DNA from: an uncultured Mycobacterium sp.
GTDB lineage: Bacteria > Actinomycetota > Actinomycetes > Mycobacteriales > Mycobacteriaceae
Assembly: GCA_964629725.1 (NCBI GenBank)
Contig: CAZVST010000001.1
Location: 23,197-87,196, forward strand
Length of the DNA stretch: 64,000 nt
Direction: 5' to 3'
Made by a program: the position numbers and the translations under genes. The notes below the pieces were generated by a model. It searched no databases, had not been told where the DNA came from, and saw nothing but the letters and a program-made list of their open reading frames with translations. This document shows, piece after piece, positions 53,629 through 63,339 of the stretch. Within the stretch, counting starts at the first letter, position 1, and the number at the start of each line of letters is the position of its first letter.

Positions 53629-54005
53629 CACTCCGACCATGCCTCGTCTGCGGTGAAGCCGCCGAGGGTCCGCGCTGCGAGGCCCATACCCTCCGCAAGC
53701 CGGCCGCCGCCGCACGCGGGTACGACGCGAACTGGACACGACTGTCCAAGCGCGCCAGACGTTTACAGCCGTTCTGCACTGACTGCGGCGCGGCCGAGGA
53801 TCTGCAAGCCGACCACACGCCGGAGGCCTGGGAGCGCAAGGCGGCTGGCCTGGCGATCAGGCTGGCCGACGTCGACGTCGTCTGTGGACCGTGCAACCGG
53901 CGCCGTGGTGCTGCTCGCGGCAACTCTGTGACCAGGGGAGAGGCCCCTAGCGCACGGCCAAACGACCCCCTGTCCAGTCAAAGTTTGAGAGTGAGACCGG
54001 CGTGA
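53625..54005 (+). CDS. HNH endonuclease of the packaging module
   Basis: CLVCG..RCEAH, RGYDANW, CTDC..ADH..CGPCN. Confidence 0.85.
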   Translation: MTLRPCLVCGEAAEGPRCEAHTLRKPAAAARGYDANWTRLSKRARRLQPFCTDCGAAEDLQADHTPEAWERKAAGLAIRLADVDVVCGPCNRRRGAARGNSVTRGEAPSARPNDPLSSQSLRVRPA

Positions 54006-55456
54006 AGTCCGGCGCGAAGGGCACCGTCAAGGCCGACCCGCTCGACTTCACTGGCTGGCCGACCGGCCGCGCGGCGCGTCGGGAGCGGTTCATCGCTGAG
54101 TACCTGATTACTCCGAAGGGCGTGGGAGCGCGGGAGCCTTTCGCGCTCCGGCCCTTCCAGCGCGAGATCCTCCGCGGAGCCTTCGCTCCGGGCGTGCGGA
54201 CCGCGCTGGTGTCGATCCCGCGCGGCAATGGCAAGTCGGCTCTCGCTGCCGCTCTGGCGCTGGCAGAACTGTTCGTCGGCCCGGATTCTGCCGAGGTTCT
54301 GACCGTGGCCTCCGACATGCGCCAGGCCATGATCGTGCTGCGGATGGCGCGCCGGATGGTCGAACTCAACCCGGAGCTTGCCGACCGTGTTCACGTCTAC
54401 GCCGACAAGCTGTATCTCCCGGAGAACGATTCGGTTCTCCTGCCTCTGCCGGCTGAACCCGGAGCCCTTCACGGCCACGACCCGAGCCTCCTGGTCGTCG
54501 ACGAGCTCCACGTCGTGACCGAGGAAGTCTGGGAGGCGGTGACCTCGGTCGGCGGTAAGCGACCCGAATCCCTCACGTTGGCGATCTCGACTCCGGCCGC
54601 CAGCCCCGACTCAGTGATGTGGCGACTCGTCGAACACGGCCGCCGAGGAGACGACCCGGCGTTCTACCTCCGCGAGTACGCCGCCCCGGAAGGATGTGCC
54701 GTCGACGACCGGAAGGCCTGGCGCATCGGTAATCCCGCGATGGCCTGTCGGCCGCCGTTCCTGGCCGCGGATGGACTGGAGGCGGTACGCCGCACGATCT
54801 CCGAGGCCCGCTTTCGCCAGCTTCGCCTAGGCCAGTGGGTGACTGGCGTCGAGTCCTGGCTCCCCTGGGGAGCGTGGGCCGACTGCGAGGTCGACCGGCC
54901 GGTCAGCCCGCGTGAACGGATCGTGATGGCGTTCGACGGTTCGGCGTCCGGCGACTCCACGGCGTTGGTCGGCTGCACCCTCGACGGACACCTGTTCGTG
55001 ATCGGCCTCTGGGAGAACCCCGGAGATCCGCGCTGGCGAGTCCCGCGCGACGACGTCGACCGCGCCGTCGACATCGCGTTCGCGAAATACGACGTCGCCG
55101 AACTCGCCTGTGACCCGTGGGGCTGGCGCTCTGAGATCGAAGCGTGGGCCAAGCGCCACGGGGAGCGCCGCGTCGTCGAGTGGAACACCGCGAACGCCGC
55201 CCGGATGGCCCCGGCAACCGATCGCCTCTATCAGGCCGTCGTAACCCATGCGGCCTCTCATGACGGCGATGCCAGCCTGGCCGCACACGTCGCGCACTGC
55301 ATCGCCAAACGAACTCCTTTGGGGGATCTCGTCTCCAAGGACAAGCGCGGATCTCCGCGCAAGATCGACGCCGCCGTCGCCGCCATCGTGGCCTACGACC
55401 GCGCCGCTTTCCACCATCAACGCAACCGCAAACGTGTAAGGAGCTTCGCATCGTGA
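54002..55456 (+). CDS. terL: Terminase large subunit
   Basis: PRGNGKS Walker A, LVVDELH Walker B, ISTP, nuclease FDGS and KIDAAVA. Confidence 0.95.
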   Translation: MKSGAKGTVKADPLDFTGWPTGRAARRERFIAEYLITPKGVGAREPFALRPFQREILRGAFAPGVRTALVSIPRGNGKSALAAALALAELFVGPDSAEVLTVASDMRQAMIVLRMARRMVELNPELADRVHVYADKLYLPENDSVLLPLPAEPGALHGHDPSLLVVDELHVVTEEVWEAVTSVGGKRPESLTLAISTPAASPDSVMWRLVEHGRRGDDPAFYLREYAAPEGCAVDDRKAWRIGNPAMACRPPFLAADGLEAVRRTISEARFRQLRLGQWVTGVESWLPWGAWADCEVDRPVSPRERIVMAFDGSASGDSTALVGCTLDGHLFVIGLWENPGDPRWRVPRDDVDRAVDIAFAKYDVAELACDPWGWRSEIEAWAKRHGERRVVEWNTANAARMAPATDRLYQAVVTHAASHDGDASLAAHVAHCIAKRTPLGDLVSKDKRGSPRKIDAAVAAIVAYDRAAFHHQRNRKRVRSFAS

Positions 55457-56748
55457 CCCTTCTGCAAGATCTTCTCCAGCGCCTCGACCAGCCGGCCGCC
55501 CGCTACGCCGAACTGGACCGCTACTACACCGGCACACAACCGCTGGCCTTCCTGTCCCCGGAGGCAAAGACCGCTCTGGGCAACAGATTCGGCGTGATGG
55601 CGTCGAACCTTCCCCGGCTCGCCGTCACCGCCCTGGCCGAACGGCTCCGCATCACCGGATTCTCCGGAGACCCGGATCTCTGGGCCGACTGGACTCGTAA
55701 CGACCTCGACCAGACCTCCGGCGTCGCTCACCGCGAGGCCCTGCTCCTCGGCGATTCCTACGCGATCGTCTGGGCCGACCAGTTTGGCCGCCCGAAGGTG
55801 ACCGTCGAATCGGCGAAACAGGTTGCGGTCCTGACTGATCCGGGTTCCCGCGAGGTCTACGCCGCCATCAAGCGATGGGAAGATCCGAACACGAACACGA
55901 CCCACGCCGTGATGTACCTCCGCGACGTCATCGTGAAGCTCCGGGCCGACCAGCGCGGCGCGGTCGCCAACGGATTCAAGACCGTCGAGGAGATCGCCAA
56001 CCCTCTCGGAGTCGTCCCGGTCGTCAACCTCCGCAACACCGACCGGATAATCGGCGACTGGGGATTCAGCGAAGTCGACGACCTCAAGCCGTTGGTCGAC
56101 GCCCTGAACAAGTCGCTGGCCGACATGATGGTCACCTCCGAATACGTTGGCCGCCCGCGCCGTTGGGCCACCGGCATCGAACTGACAGAGGAGCCGGTCC
56201 TCGACGCCAACGGAAATCCGGTCCTCGACGGCGACGGCCAGCCGGTGATGACCGAGGTCAACCCGATCCCCGAGGGCCACCGGGCGATGATCTCGGAGAA
56301 CTCCGACGCCAAGTTCGGACAGTTGGCCGCCGCCGACCTCGCCGGATATGAGGCCAGCGTCCGGGTCATCCTCGGCCAGGTCATGGCCGTCAGCACTTTG
56401 CCCGCACATTACGTCGGGATCTTCACCGACAACCCCGCATCGGCTGATGCGATGCGCGCCGCCGAGGCCTCCCTCACTGCCCGCGCCGAGGCTCGACAGG
56501 CCACGTTCGGCCGGTCCTGGGAACAGGTCGCCCGACTAATGATCGCGGTCCGCGACGGCCGCGATCCGGGCCTCGTCGACCCCGTCCGGGTCCAGTGGGC
56601 CGACGCAGCGACCCGGAGCGTCGCCCAGGAGGCCGACGCCGTGGTGAAGCTGTACCAGGCGGGCCTCCTGCCCCAGGCCTACGCCCTGGCCAAGCTGGGT
56701 TACTCCGAGGACGAGATCGCAACTGTGGCGGCCAGCAATGCGGCTTAG
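55453..56748 (+). CDS. Portal protein (SPP1 gp6-like)
   Basis: YYTGTQP; position after TerL; NPASADA...EASL; 431 aa. Confidence 0.9.
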   Translation: MTLLQDLLQRLDQPAARYAELDRYYTGTQPLAFLSPEAKTALGNRFGVMASNLPRLAVTALAERLRITGFSGDPDLWADWTRNDLDQTSGVAHREALLLGDSYAIVWADQFGRPKVTVESAKQVAVLTDPGSREVYAAIKRWEDPNTNTTHAVMYLRDVIVKLRADQRGAVANGFKTVEEIANPLGVVPVVNLRNTDRIIGDWGFSEVDDLKPLVDALNKSLADMMVTSEYVGRPRRWATGIELTEEPVLDANGNPVLDGDGQPVMTEVNPIPEGHRAMISENSDAKFGQLAAADLAGYEASVRVILGQVMAVSTLPAHYVGIFTDNPASADAMRAAEASLTARAEARQATFGRSWEQVARLMIAVRDGRDPGLVDPVRVQWADAATRSVAQEADAVVKLYQAGLLPQAYALAKLGYSEDEIATVAASNAA

Positions 56749-56923
56749 CGCACGCGATATGCAAGTCGTCATCAGCACGCGCCCAGAAGCATCCCGGCCG
56801 GTCCGGCTCCGGGCCGCAAGTCTTGTATTCGCACTCACTGAGACCGAGGCCTTGGAATTGGCCAACAACCTCGCCGACGCCGTCGACGAGATCCACGCAC
56901 ACGAAAGGCAACCGCAATCATGA
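56738..56923 (+). CDS. Small hypothetical protein between portal and scaffold
   Basis: Overlaps the portal stop; ATGA overlap with the scaffold start. Confidence 0.6.
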   Translation: MRLSARDMQVVISTRPEASRPVRLRAASLVFALTETEALELANNLADAVDEIHAHERQPQS

Positions 56924-57354
56924 CCGCCGCCATCACCGCCCAGGACGCGCCGGAACCGACCGACCAGAGCCCGACCCCCGAGGTCGACGCCGAGGAGGGT
57001 ACGCCCGAATCGCCTGCCCCCGACGATCCCGACACCTTCCCCCGCGAGGTCGTCGAGAAGCTGCGACAGGAGAACGGCCGCTATCGCCAGCGCGCCGCGC
57101 ACGCCGACACTCTGGCCCAACGACTGCACACCGAATTGGTCAGGGCCACCGGCAAGTTGGCCGACCCGACCGACTTGCCGTTCGACGAGGGCCACATCGA
57201 CGACCCCGAGGCCCTGGCCGCCGCCGTCGACGACCTCCTCGATCGCAAGCCCCACCTTGCCAGCCGCAAACCGTCCGGTGACATCGGTCAGGGCCAGCGC
57301 GGCCCTGCCGCCGGGGGATTCTCACTGCTGGGTCTCCTCAAGGAGCGCACCTAA
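56920..57354 (+). CDS. Capsid scaffolding protein
   Basis: Acidic Pro-rich N-terminus, DTFPREVVEKLRQENGRYR coiled coil, hydrophobic C-terminal tip; precedes capsid. Confidence 0.72.
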   Translation: MTAAITAQDAPEPTDQSPTPEVDAEEGTPESPAPDDPDTFPREVVEKLRQENGRYRQRAAHADTLAQRLHTELVRATGKLADPTDLPFDEGHIDDPEALAAAVDDLLDRKPHLASRKPSGDIGQGQRGPAAGGFSLLGLLKERT

Positions 57355-57454
57355 CCGATAGACTGAGGCGATCCGGGCCTGGCGCCCAACACGATTGACG
57401 TCCTGGCGACGTGTCGAATCCCCACCATCCGACACCAACCGTTAGGACTCAATC

Positions 57455-58309
57455 GTGGCCATCGAAGTCACCTCCGGAAATTCCACCCTGATTCAGAGCC
57501 AGGTCGCCGACCTCCTGGTCCAGCCGCTCGAGCAAGCCTCAACGTTCCTGGCCGCCGGCCCGACCATCCTCGACTCCTCCTCCCCGGTTCGTGTCCCGCG
57601 AATCGCCAACGGCGTCACCGCCGGATTCGTCGCCGAAGGCGCACAGATCAGCGACGGCGACGTCGCGTTCGACGAGGTCACCCTCCTGCCCTCGACGCTC
57701 AAGGGCCTCAAGGTCCTGGTCAAGCTGAGTAACGAACTCATCCGGACCTCGGTCGTCGGACTGGAAGCGGTCCTGCGGACCCGCCTGGTGACCGACGTCG
57801 CCAACGCGCTCGACGCGGCCCTCTGGGATGGCGCTGGCACGTCGAACACCGTGAAGGGCATCCTCCGGGCCTCTGGCATCGCGACCGGCACCCTCGACCT
57901 GACCGACCCCGACTCGCTGATCGACGGGCTTGCCACCGCCCAGGGCAACAAGGTCACGCCGACTCACTGGGTCATGACGGCCGCGAGCTTCGCCGCCATC
58001 CGCAAGGTGAAGGTTGGGACCGGCGATGCCCGATACGTGATGGACTCCAGCACGATTCAGAACGGCACCGAGCTCCGCCTCCTTGGCCTGCCGGTCGTCA
58101 TCACGGATAACATCCCGGCCGTGTCGACCAAGAACCGCGTCGCCCTGGTCGACTTCTCCAAGGTGGTCGTCGCCCGCGACGTCGACGCCGAGGTGAAGAT
58201 CCTCGATCAGACCTGGGGAGATTATGACTCCATCGGTATCCGGGTCGTCTCCCGCTGGGATACCGCGCTGCTTCAGGCGAAGGCCGTGACCCTGCTGACC
58301 GAGGCGTAA
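57455..58309 (+). CDS. Major capsid protein (HK97 fold, no delta domain), 284 aa
   Basis: AGFVAEGAQI, KLSNELIR, LDAALWDG.G, LLGLPVVIT, ALVDFS. Confidence 0.93.
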   Translation: MAIEVTSGNSTLIQSQVADLLVQPLEQASTFLAAGPTILDSSSPVRVPRIANGVTAGFVAEGAQISDGDVAFDEVTLLPSTLKGLKVLVKLSNELIRTSVVGLEAVLRTRLVTDVANALDAALWDGAGTSNTVKGILRASGIATGTLDLTDPDSLIDGLATAQGNKVTPTHWVMTAASFAAIRKVKVGTGDARYVMDSSTIQNGTELRLLGLPVVITDNIPAVSTKNRVALVDFSKVVVARDVDAEVKILDQTWGDYDSIGIRVVSRWDTALLQAKAVTLLTEA

Positions 58310-58312
58310 GCC

Positions 58313-58624
58313 GTGCCGGTCTCCAGCACCGACGTCGAGGCCCTCCTCGACACGCCGAGCGCTGCTGTCGACGCGGCCATCGCCCAGGTGACCGTGATGG
58401 CCCGCGCCTACACGCGCGGACGTGGATTCTTCGCCGGGGACGACCCGAACGATGAGATCAGCGCCGTGATCACCACGGCGGCCGCACGCCTTGCCGCCAA
58501 CGGCCGGCAGACCATCGGACGGGAGAAGGTCGACGACGTCGAGCGCGAGGTCCGGTCATCGTTCCTCGGCTGGACCCTGGCCGAACTCGCGGTCCTCAAC
58601 CGATACCGGGTGACGGCCATGTGA
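58313..58624 (+). CDS. Head-tail adaptor/connector
   Basis: ARAYTRGRGF, AVITTAAARL..N, GWTLAELAVLNRYR; follows capsid. Confidence 0.78.
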   Translation: MPVSSTDVEALLDTPSAAVDAAIAQVTVMARAYTRGRGFFAGDDPNDEISAVITTAAARLAANGRQTIGREKVDDVEREVRSSFLGWTLAELAVLNRYRVTAM

Positions 58625-58863
58625 GCCCGGTGGCCCGGTGAATCACGGAGTCTTTCGTACGCTCCTCCGTAGCCTGCGCCGACGGCATTGGAGACCAGCG
58701 CAGCCACCGGGCCACCGCCCCCACAATCCGACGCTTATTCGTCGTTAATACCCGCGACACGCCGAGAATGGTTGCGAATTGACGAGAGTCAAGAGCGCGC
58801 GAAAGGCATTGCCCTAGAGAATCTTTGGCAAGCGTTGCGGCGCGTCGGGAACGCTCAACCCAT

Positions 58864-58903
58864 AAGCGGAAGGTCGCCGGTTCGATCCTGGCCCTGGCCA
58901 CCA
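58864..58903 (+). repeat. attR core: duplicated tRNA-Phe 3' half with CCA
   Basis: 37/38 identity to attL (C/T at 48879/58889), followed by CA. Confidence 0.95.
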
Positions 58904-58907
58904 TCCT

Positions 58908-60092
58908 TCAGGCTTCGCTGCGTGCCGCCTTCACCAGTCCGCCGCCGACGATCAATCGTTGGATCTCGCTTGTGCCCTCATAGAGCCTCAGCAGGCGCAC
59001 GTCGCGGTAGATGCGCTCGACCGGCACCCCGCGCATGTATCCCGTCCCGCCGTGAATCTGGACGGCGGTGTCGGCTACCCGTCCGGCCATCTCGGTGCAG
59101 AACAACTTGGCCGCCGACGGGGCGATGCGCCGGTCCTCCCCGCTGAGCCACAGCCGCGCGGCGTCGCGGACCAGCGCCCGCCCCGCCATCACCCCGGTCT
59201 GCTGGTCGGCCAGCATGGCCTGGACGAGTTGGAAGGTTCCGACGGCCTGCCCGCCCTGGGTGGCCGTCGCGGCAAAACTCACCGACTCGTCCAGCGCACG
59301 TTGAGCGGCACCCACCGCTAGCGCGGCAATGTGGATACGCCCCCGGGCCAGCGAGGTCAGTGCCGCCCGATATCCGATGTCCTCGCTGCCCCCGATCAGT
59401 GCGTCGGGTCCGACCCGGACGTCGGTGAAGTACACGTCGGAGGTCCACGCTCCTTCCTGGCCCATCTTGGCGTCCTTCACGCCCACCTGGACTCCGGGGG
59501 CGTCGGCCGGCACCAGGAACACCGCGATGCCGGCGCCGTTCTCGTCGGCGGGTCGGGTTCGGGCGAAGACGACGAGGAGGTCGGCCACGGGTGCATTGGT
59601 GATCCAGCGCTTCTGGCCGGAGATCACCCAGGCCCCTCCGTCTCCGTCGCCGTCACGGATGGCTCTGGTGCGCAGGCCCGACGGATTCGACCCGGCACCC
59701 GGTTCGGTCAGGGCGAAGGAGGCCACCACCTCACCCGTCGCCATCTGCTCCAGCCAGCGCGCCTTCTGCTCGTCGGTGCCGAAGCCCACGAGCACCTGGC
59801 CGGCGATGCCGTTGTTGGTACCGAACATCGACCGCACCGCCAGCGACGTGTAACCCAACTCCAGCGCGAGTTCGACGTCCTGGGTGATGTCGAGGCCCAG
59901 GCCGCCCCACTCCTGCGGGATCGCATATCCGAACAGCCCCATGTGCTTGGCCTGCTCGCGGATATCGTCGGGAACGGCGTCGCCCTCGGCGATCTCGGTT
60001 TCCCGCGGGACCACCACCGACCGAACGAACTGCCGGGTCTGGGTGAGAATGTCCCGGAAATCGTCGGCGCTGACCGCAGGCTCGGGTGTCAT
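58908..60092 (-). CDS. Acyl-CoA dehydrogenase
   Basis: FALTEPGAGS, GQKRWITN and LYEGTSEIQR motifs. Confidence 0.95.
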   Translation of the reverse strand: MTPEPAVSADDFRDILTQTRQFVRSVVVPRETEIAEGDAVPDDIREQAKHMGLFGYAIPQEWGGLGLDITQDVELALELGYTSLAVRSMFGTNNGIAGQVLVGFGTDEQKARWLEQMATGEVVASFALTEPGAGSNPSGLRTRAIRDGDGDGGAWVISGQKRWITNAPVADLLVVFARTRPADENGAGIAVFLVPADAPGVQVGVKDAKMGQEGAWTSDVYFTDVRVGPDALIGGSEDIGYRAALTSLARGRIHIAALAVGAAQRALDESVSFAATATQGGQAVGTFQLVQAMLADQQTGVMAGRALVRDAARLWLSGEDRRIAPSAAKLFCTEMAGRVADTAVQIHGGTGYMRGVPVERIYRDVRLLRLYEGTSEIQRLIVGGGLVKAARSEA

Positions 60093-60142
60093 GACGTCAT
60101 CAAATACGATGACGCCACGCACTCGATCAGGAGGGTGATCGG

Positions 60143-60883
60143 ATGGCATTGCTGGCAGGTAGGACCGCGGTCGTCACCGGTGGAGCCCAGGGCTTGGGCT
60201 ATGCCATCGCCGAGCAGTTCATCGCCGAGGGAGCCCGGGTCATCCTCGGTGACCTGGACCTCGACCGCACCCGGGCCGCCGCCGACGCGCTCGGCGGAGC
60301 CGACGTCGCGCGTGCGGTTCGGTGCGACGTCACATCCACGGCCGAGGTCGACGGCCTCGTCGCTGCTGCCCTCGATGAGTTCGGCAGCCTAGACGTCATG
60401 GTCAACAACGCCGGCATCACCCGCGACGCAACGTTGCGGAAGATGACCGAGGAACAGTTCGACGAGGTGATCTCCGTGCACCTCAAGGGAACCTGGAACG
60501 GCACCCGCGCGGCGGCGGCCGTCATGCGCGAGCACGGCCGCGGGGCGATCATCAATATGTCGTCCATCTCCGGCAAGGTCGGACTGGTCGGCCAGACGAA
60601 CTACTCGGCTGCCAAGGCCGGTATCGTCGGGCTGACCAAGGCCGCCGCCAAAGAATTGGCTCACCTGGGCGTGCGGGTCAACGCCATCCAGCCGGGACTC
60701 ATTCGCTCTGCGATGACAGAGGCTATGCCGCAACGCATTTGGGACGCCAAGCTGGCCGAGGTGCCGATGGGCCGGGCCGGTGAACCAAGCGAAGTGGCGA
60801 CGGTGGCCCTGTTCCTGGCCTCGGACCTGTCGTCGTACATGACCGGGACGGTGCTGGAAGTCACTGGCGGGCGGCACATCTAG
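60143..60883 (+). CDS. fabG: 3-oxoacyl-ACP/CoA reductase
   Basis: [16 protein letters not shown] and NYSAAK motifs. Confidence 0.9.
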   Translation: MALLAGRTAVVTGGAQGLGYAIAEQFIAEGARVILGDLDLDRTRAAADALGGADVARAVRCDVTSTAEVDGLVAAALDEFGSLDVMVNNAGITRDATLRKMTEEQFDEVISVHLKGTWNGTRAAAAVMREHGRGAIINMSSISGKVGLVGQTNYSAAKAGIVGLTKAAAKELAHLGVRVNAIQPGLIRSAMTEAMPQRIWDAKLAEVPMGRAGEPSEVATVALFLASDLSSYMTGTVLEVTGGRHI

Positions 60884-60919
60884 TGAGCGGCCCGCCAGCG
60901 ACGAGGAGGAGCGGCGGAA

Positions 60920-62133
<1,214 letters not shown>

Positions 62134-62137
<4 letters not shown>

Positions 62138-63327
62138 CCCGGCTCGCGCAGACGCTCGGCCTCACCGACGTCCAAACTGAGATCGTCTCCACGGTAAGGC
62201 AATTCGTCGACAGAGCTATCATTCCCCACGCCCAGGAACTCGAACACGCCGACACCTATCCGCAGGCCATCGTCGACGAGATGCGCGCGATGGGTCTGTT
62301 CGGTCTGATGATTTCCGCCGAGTACGGCGGACTCGGGGAATCCCTGCTGACCTACGCCCTCTGCGTGGAGGAACTCGCGCGCGGATGGATGAGCATCTCC
62401 GGGGTGATCAACACCCACTTCATCGTCGCTTACATGATCCGCCAGCACGGCACCGACGAGCAGAAGCAACGCTTCCTGCCGCGAATGGCCACCGGTGACA
62501 TCCGCGGCGCCTTCTCGATGTCCGAACCCGAGGTGGGCTCCGACGTCGCCGCCATCCGCACCCGCGCCGTGCGCAACGACGACGGCACCTACACCCTGCG
62601 CGGTGCGAAGATGTGGCTCACCAACGGCGGAAGTTCGACCCTGGTGGCGACCCTGGTGCGCACCGACGAGGGTGCGGACACCCCGCACCGTAACCTGACC
62701 GCCTTCTTGATCGAAAAGCCCAGCGGGTTCGGCGAAGTCGCGCCGGGGCTGACCATCCCCGGCAAGATCGACAAGCTCGGCTACAAGGGCATCGACACCA
62801 CCGAGATGCTCTTCGACGGCTATGTCGCCGCCGCAGGCGACGTGCTGGGAGGCGTGCCGGGCCGCGGCTTCGCGCAGATGATGGATGGCGTCGAGGTCGG
62901 CCGCGTCAACGTGGCCGCCCGGGCCTGCGGCGTCGCACTACGGGCCTTCGAGCTTGCGGTGCGCTACGCCCAGCAGCGTTCCACGTTCGGCAAACCGATC
63001 GCCGAACACCAGGCGATCGCCTTCTCGCTGGCCGAGATGGCCACCAAAGTCGAAGCGGCACATCTGATGATGGTCAACGCGGCCCGGCTCAAGGACTCCG
63101 GGGCGCGCAATGACGTGGAAGCCGGCATGGCCAAATACCTGGCCAGCGAGTTCTGCGCCGAGGTGACCCAGCAGAGCTTCCGCATCCACGGCGGCTACGG
63201 CTACTCCAAGGAGTACGAGATTGAGCGGCTGATGCGCGACGCCCCGTTCCTGTTGATCGGGGAGGGCACCAGCGAGATCCAGAAGACCATCATCAGTAAG
63301 CGGCTTCTCGCCGAGTACCGGATCTGA
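62134..63327 (+). CDS. Acyl-CoA dehydrogenase
   Basis: FSMSEPEVGSD, HGGYGY and IGEGTSEIQ motifs. Confidence 0.95.
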
Positions 63328-63339
63328 GAGGGCGGCCCG

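Larger units (their letters stand above)
48854..58901. mobile_element. Integrated tailless capsid-forming phage satellite (cf-PICI/phagelet-like), 10,010 bp
   Basis: Flanking 38-bp att repeats, integrase, repressor/xis switch, replication ATPase, HNH-TerL-portal-scaffold-capsid-adaptor; no tail or lysis genes. Confidence 0.9.

Noticed and set aside
58628-58717. Self-cleaving ribozyme suggested by a GAAA-capped stem
   Set aside because: No hammerhead CUGAUGA core or other recognisable catalytic motif
48892-58863. Anti-phage defence or toxin-antitoxin cargo in the satellite
   Set aside because: No ORF shows such motifs; the HNH sits in the packaging position
48854-58901. Complete temperate prophage or IS element
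   Set aside because: Too small, no tail or lysis genes, both att sites intact; no transposase or terminal inverted repeats
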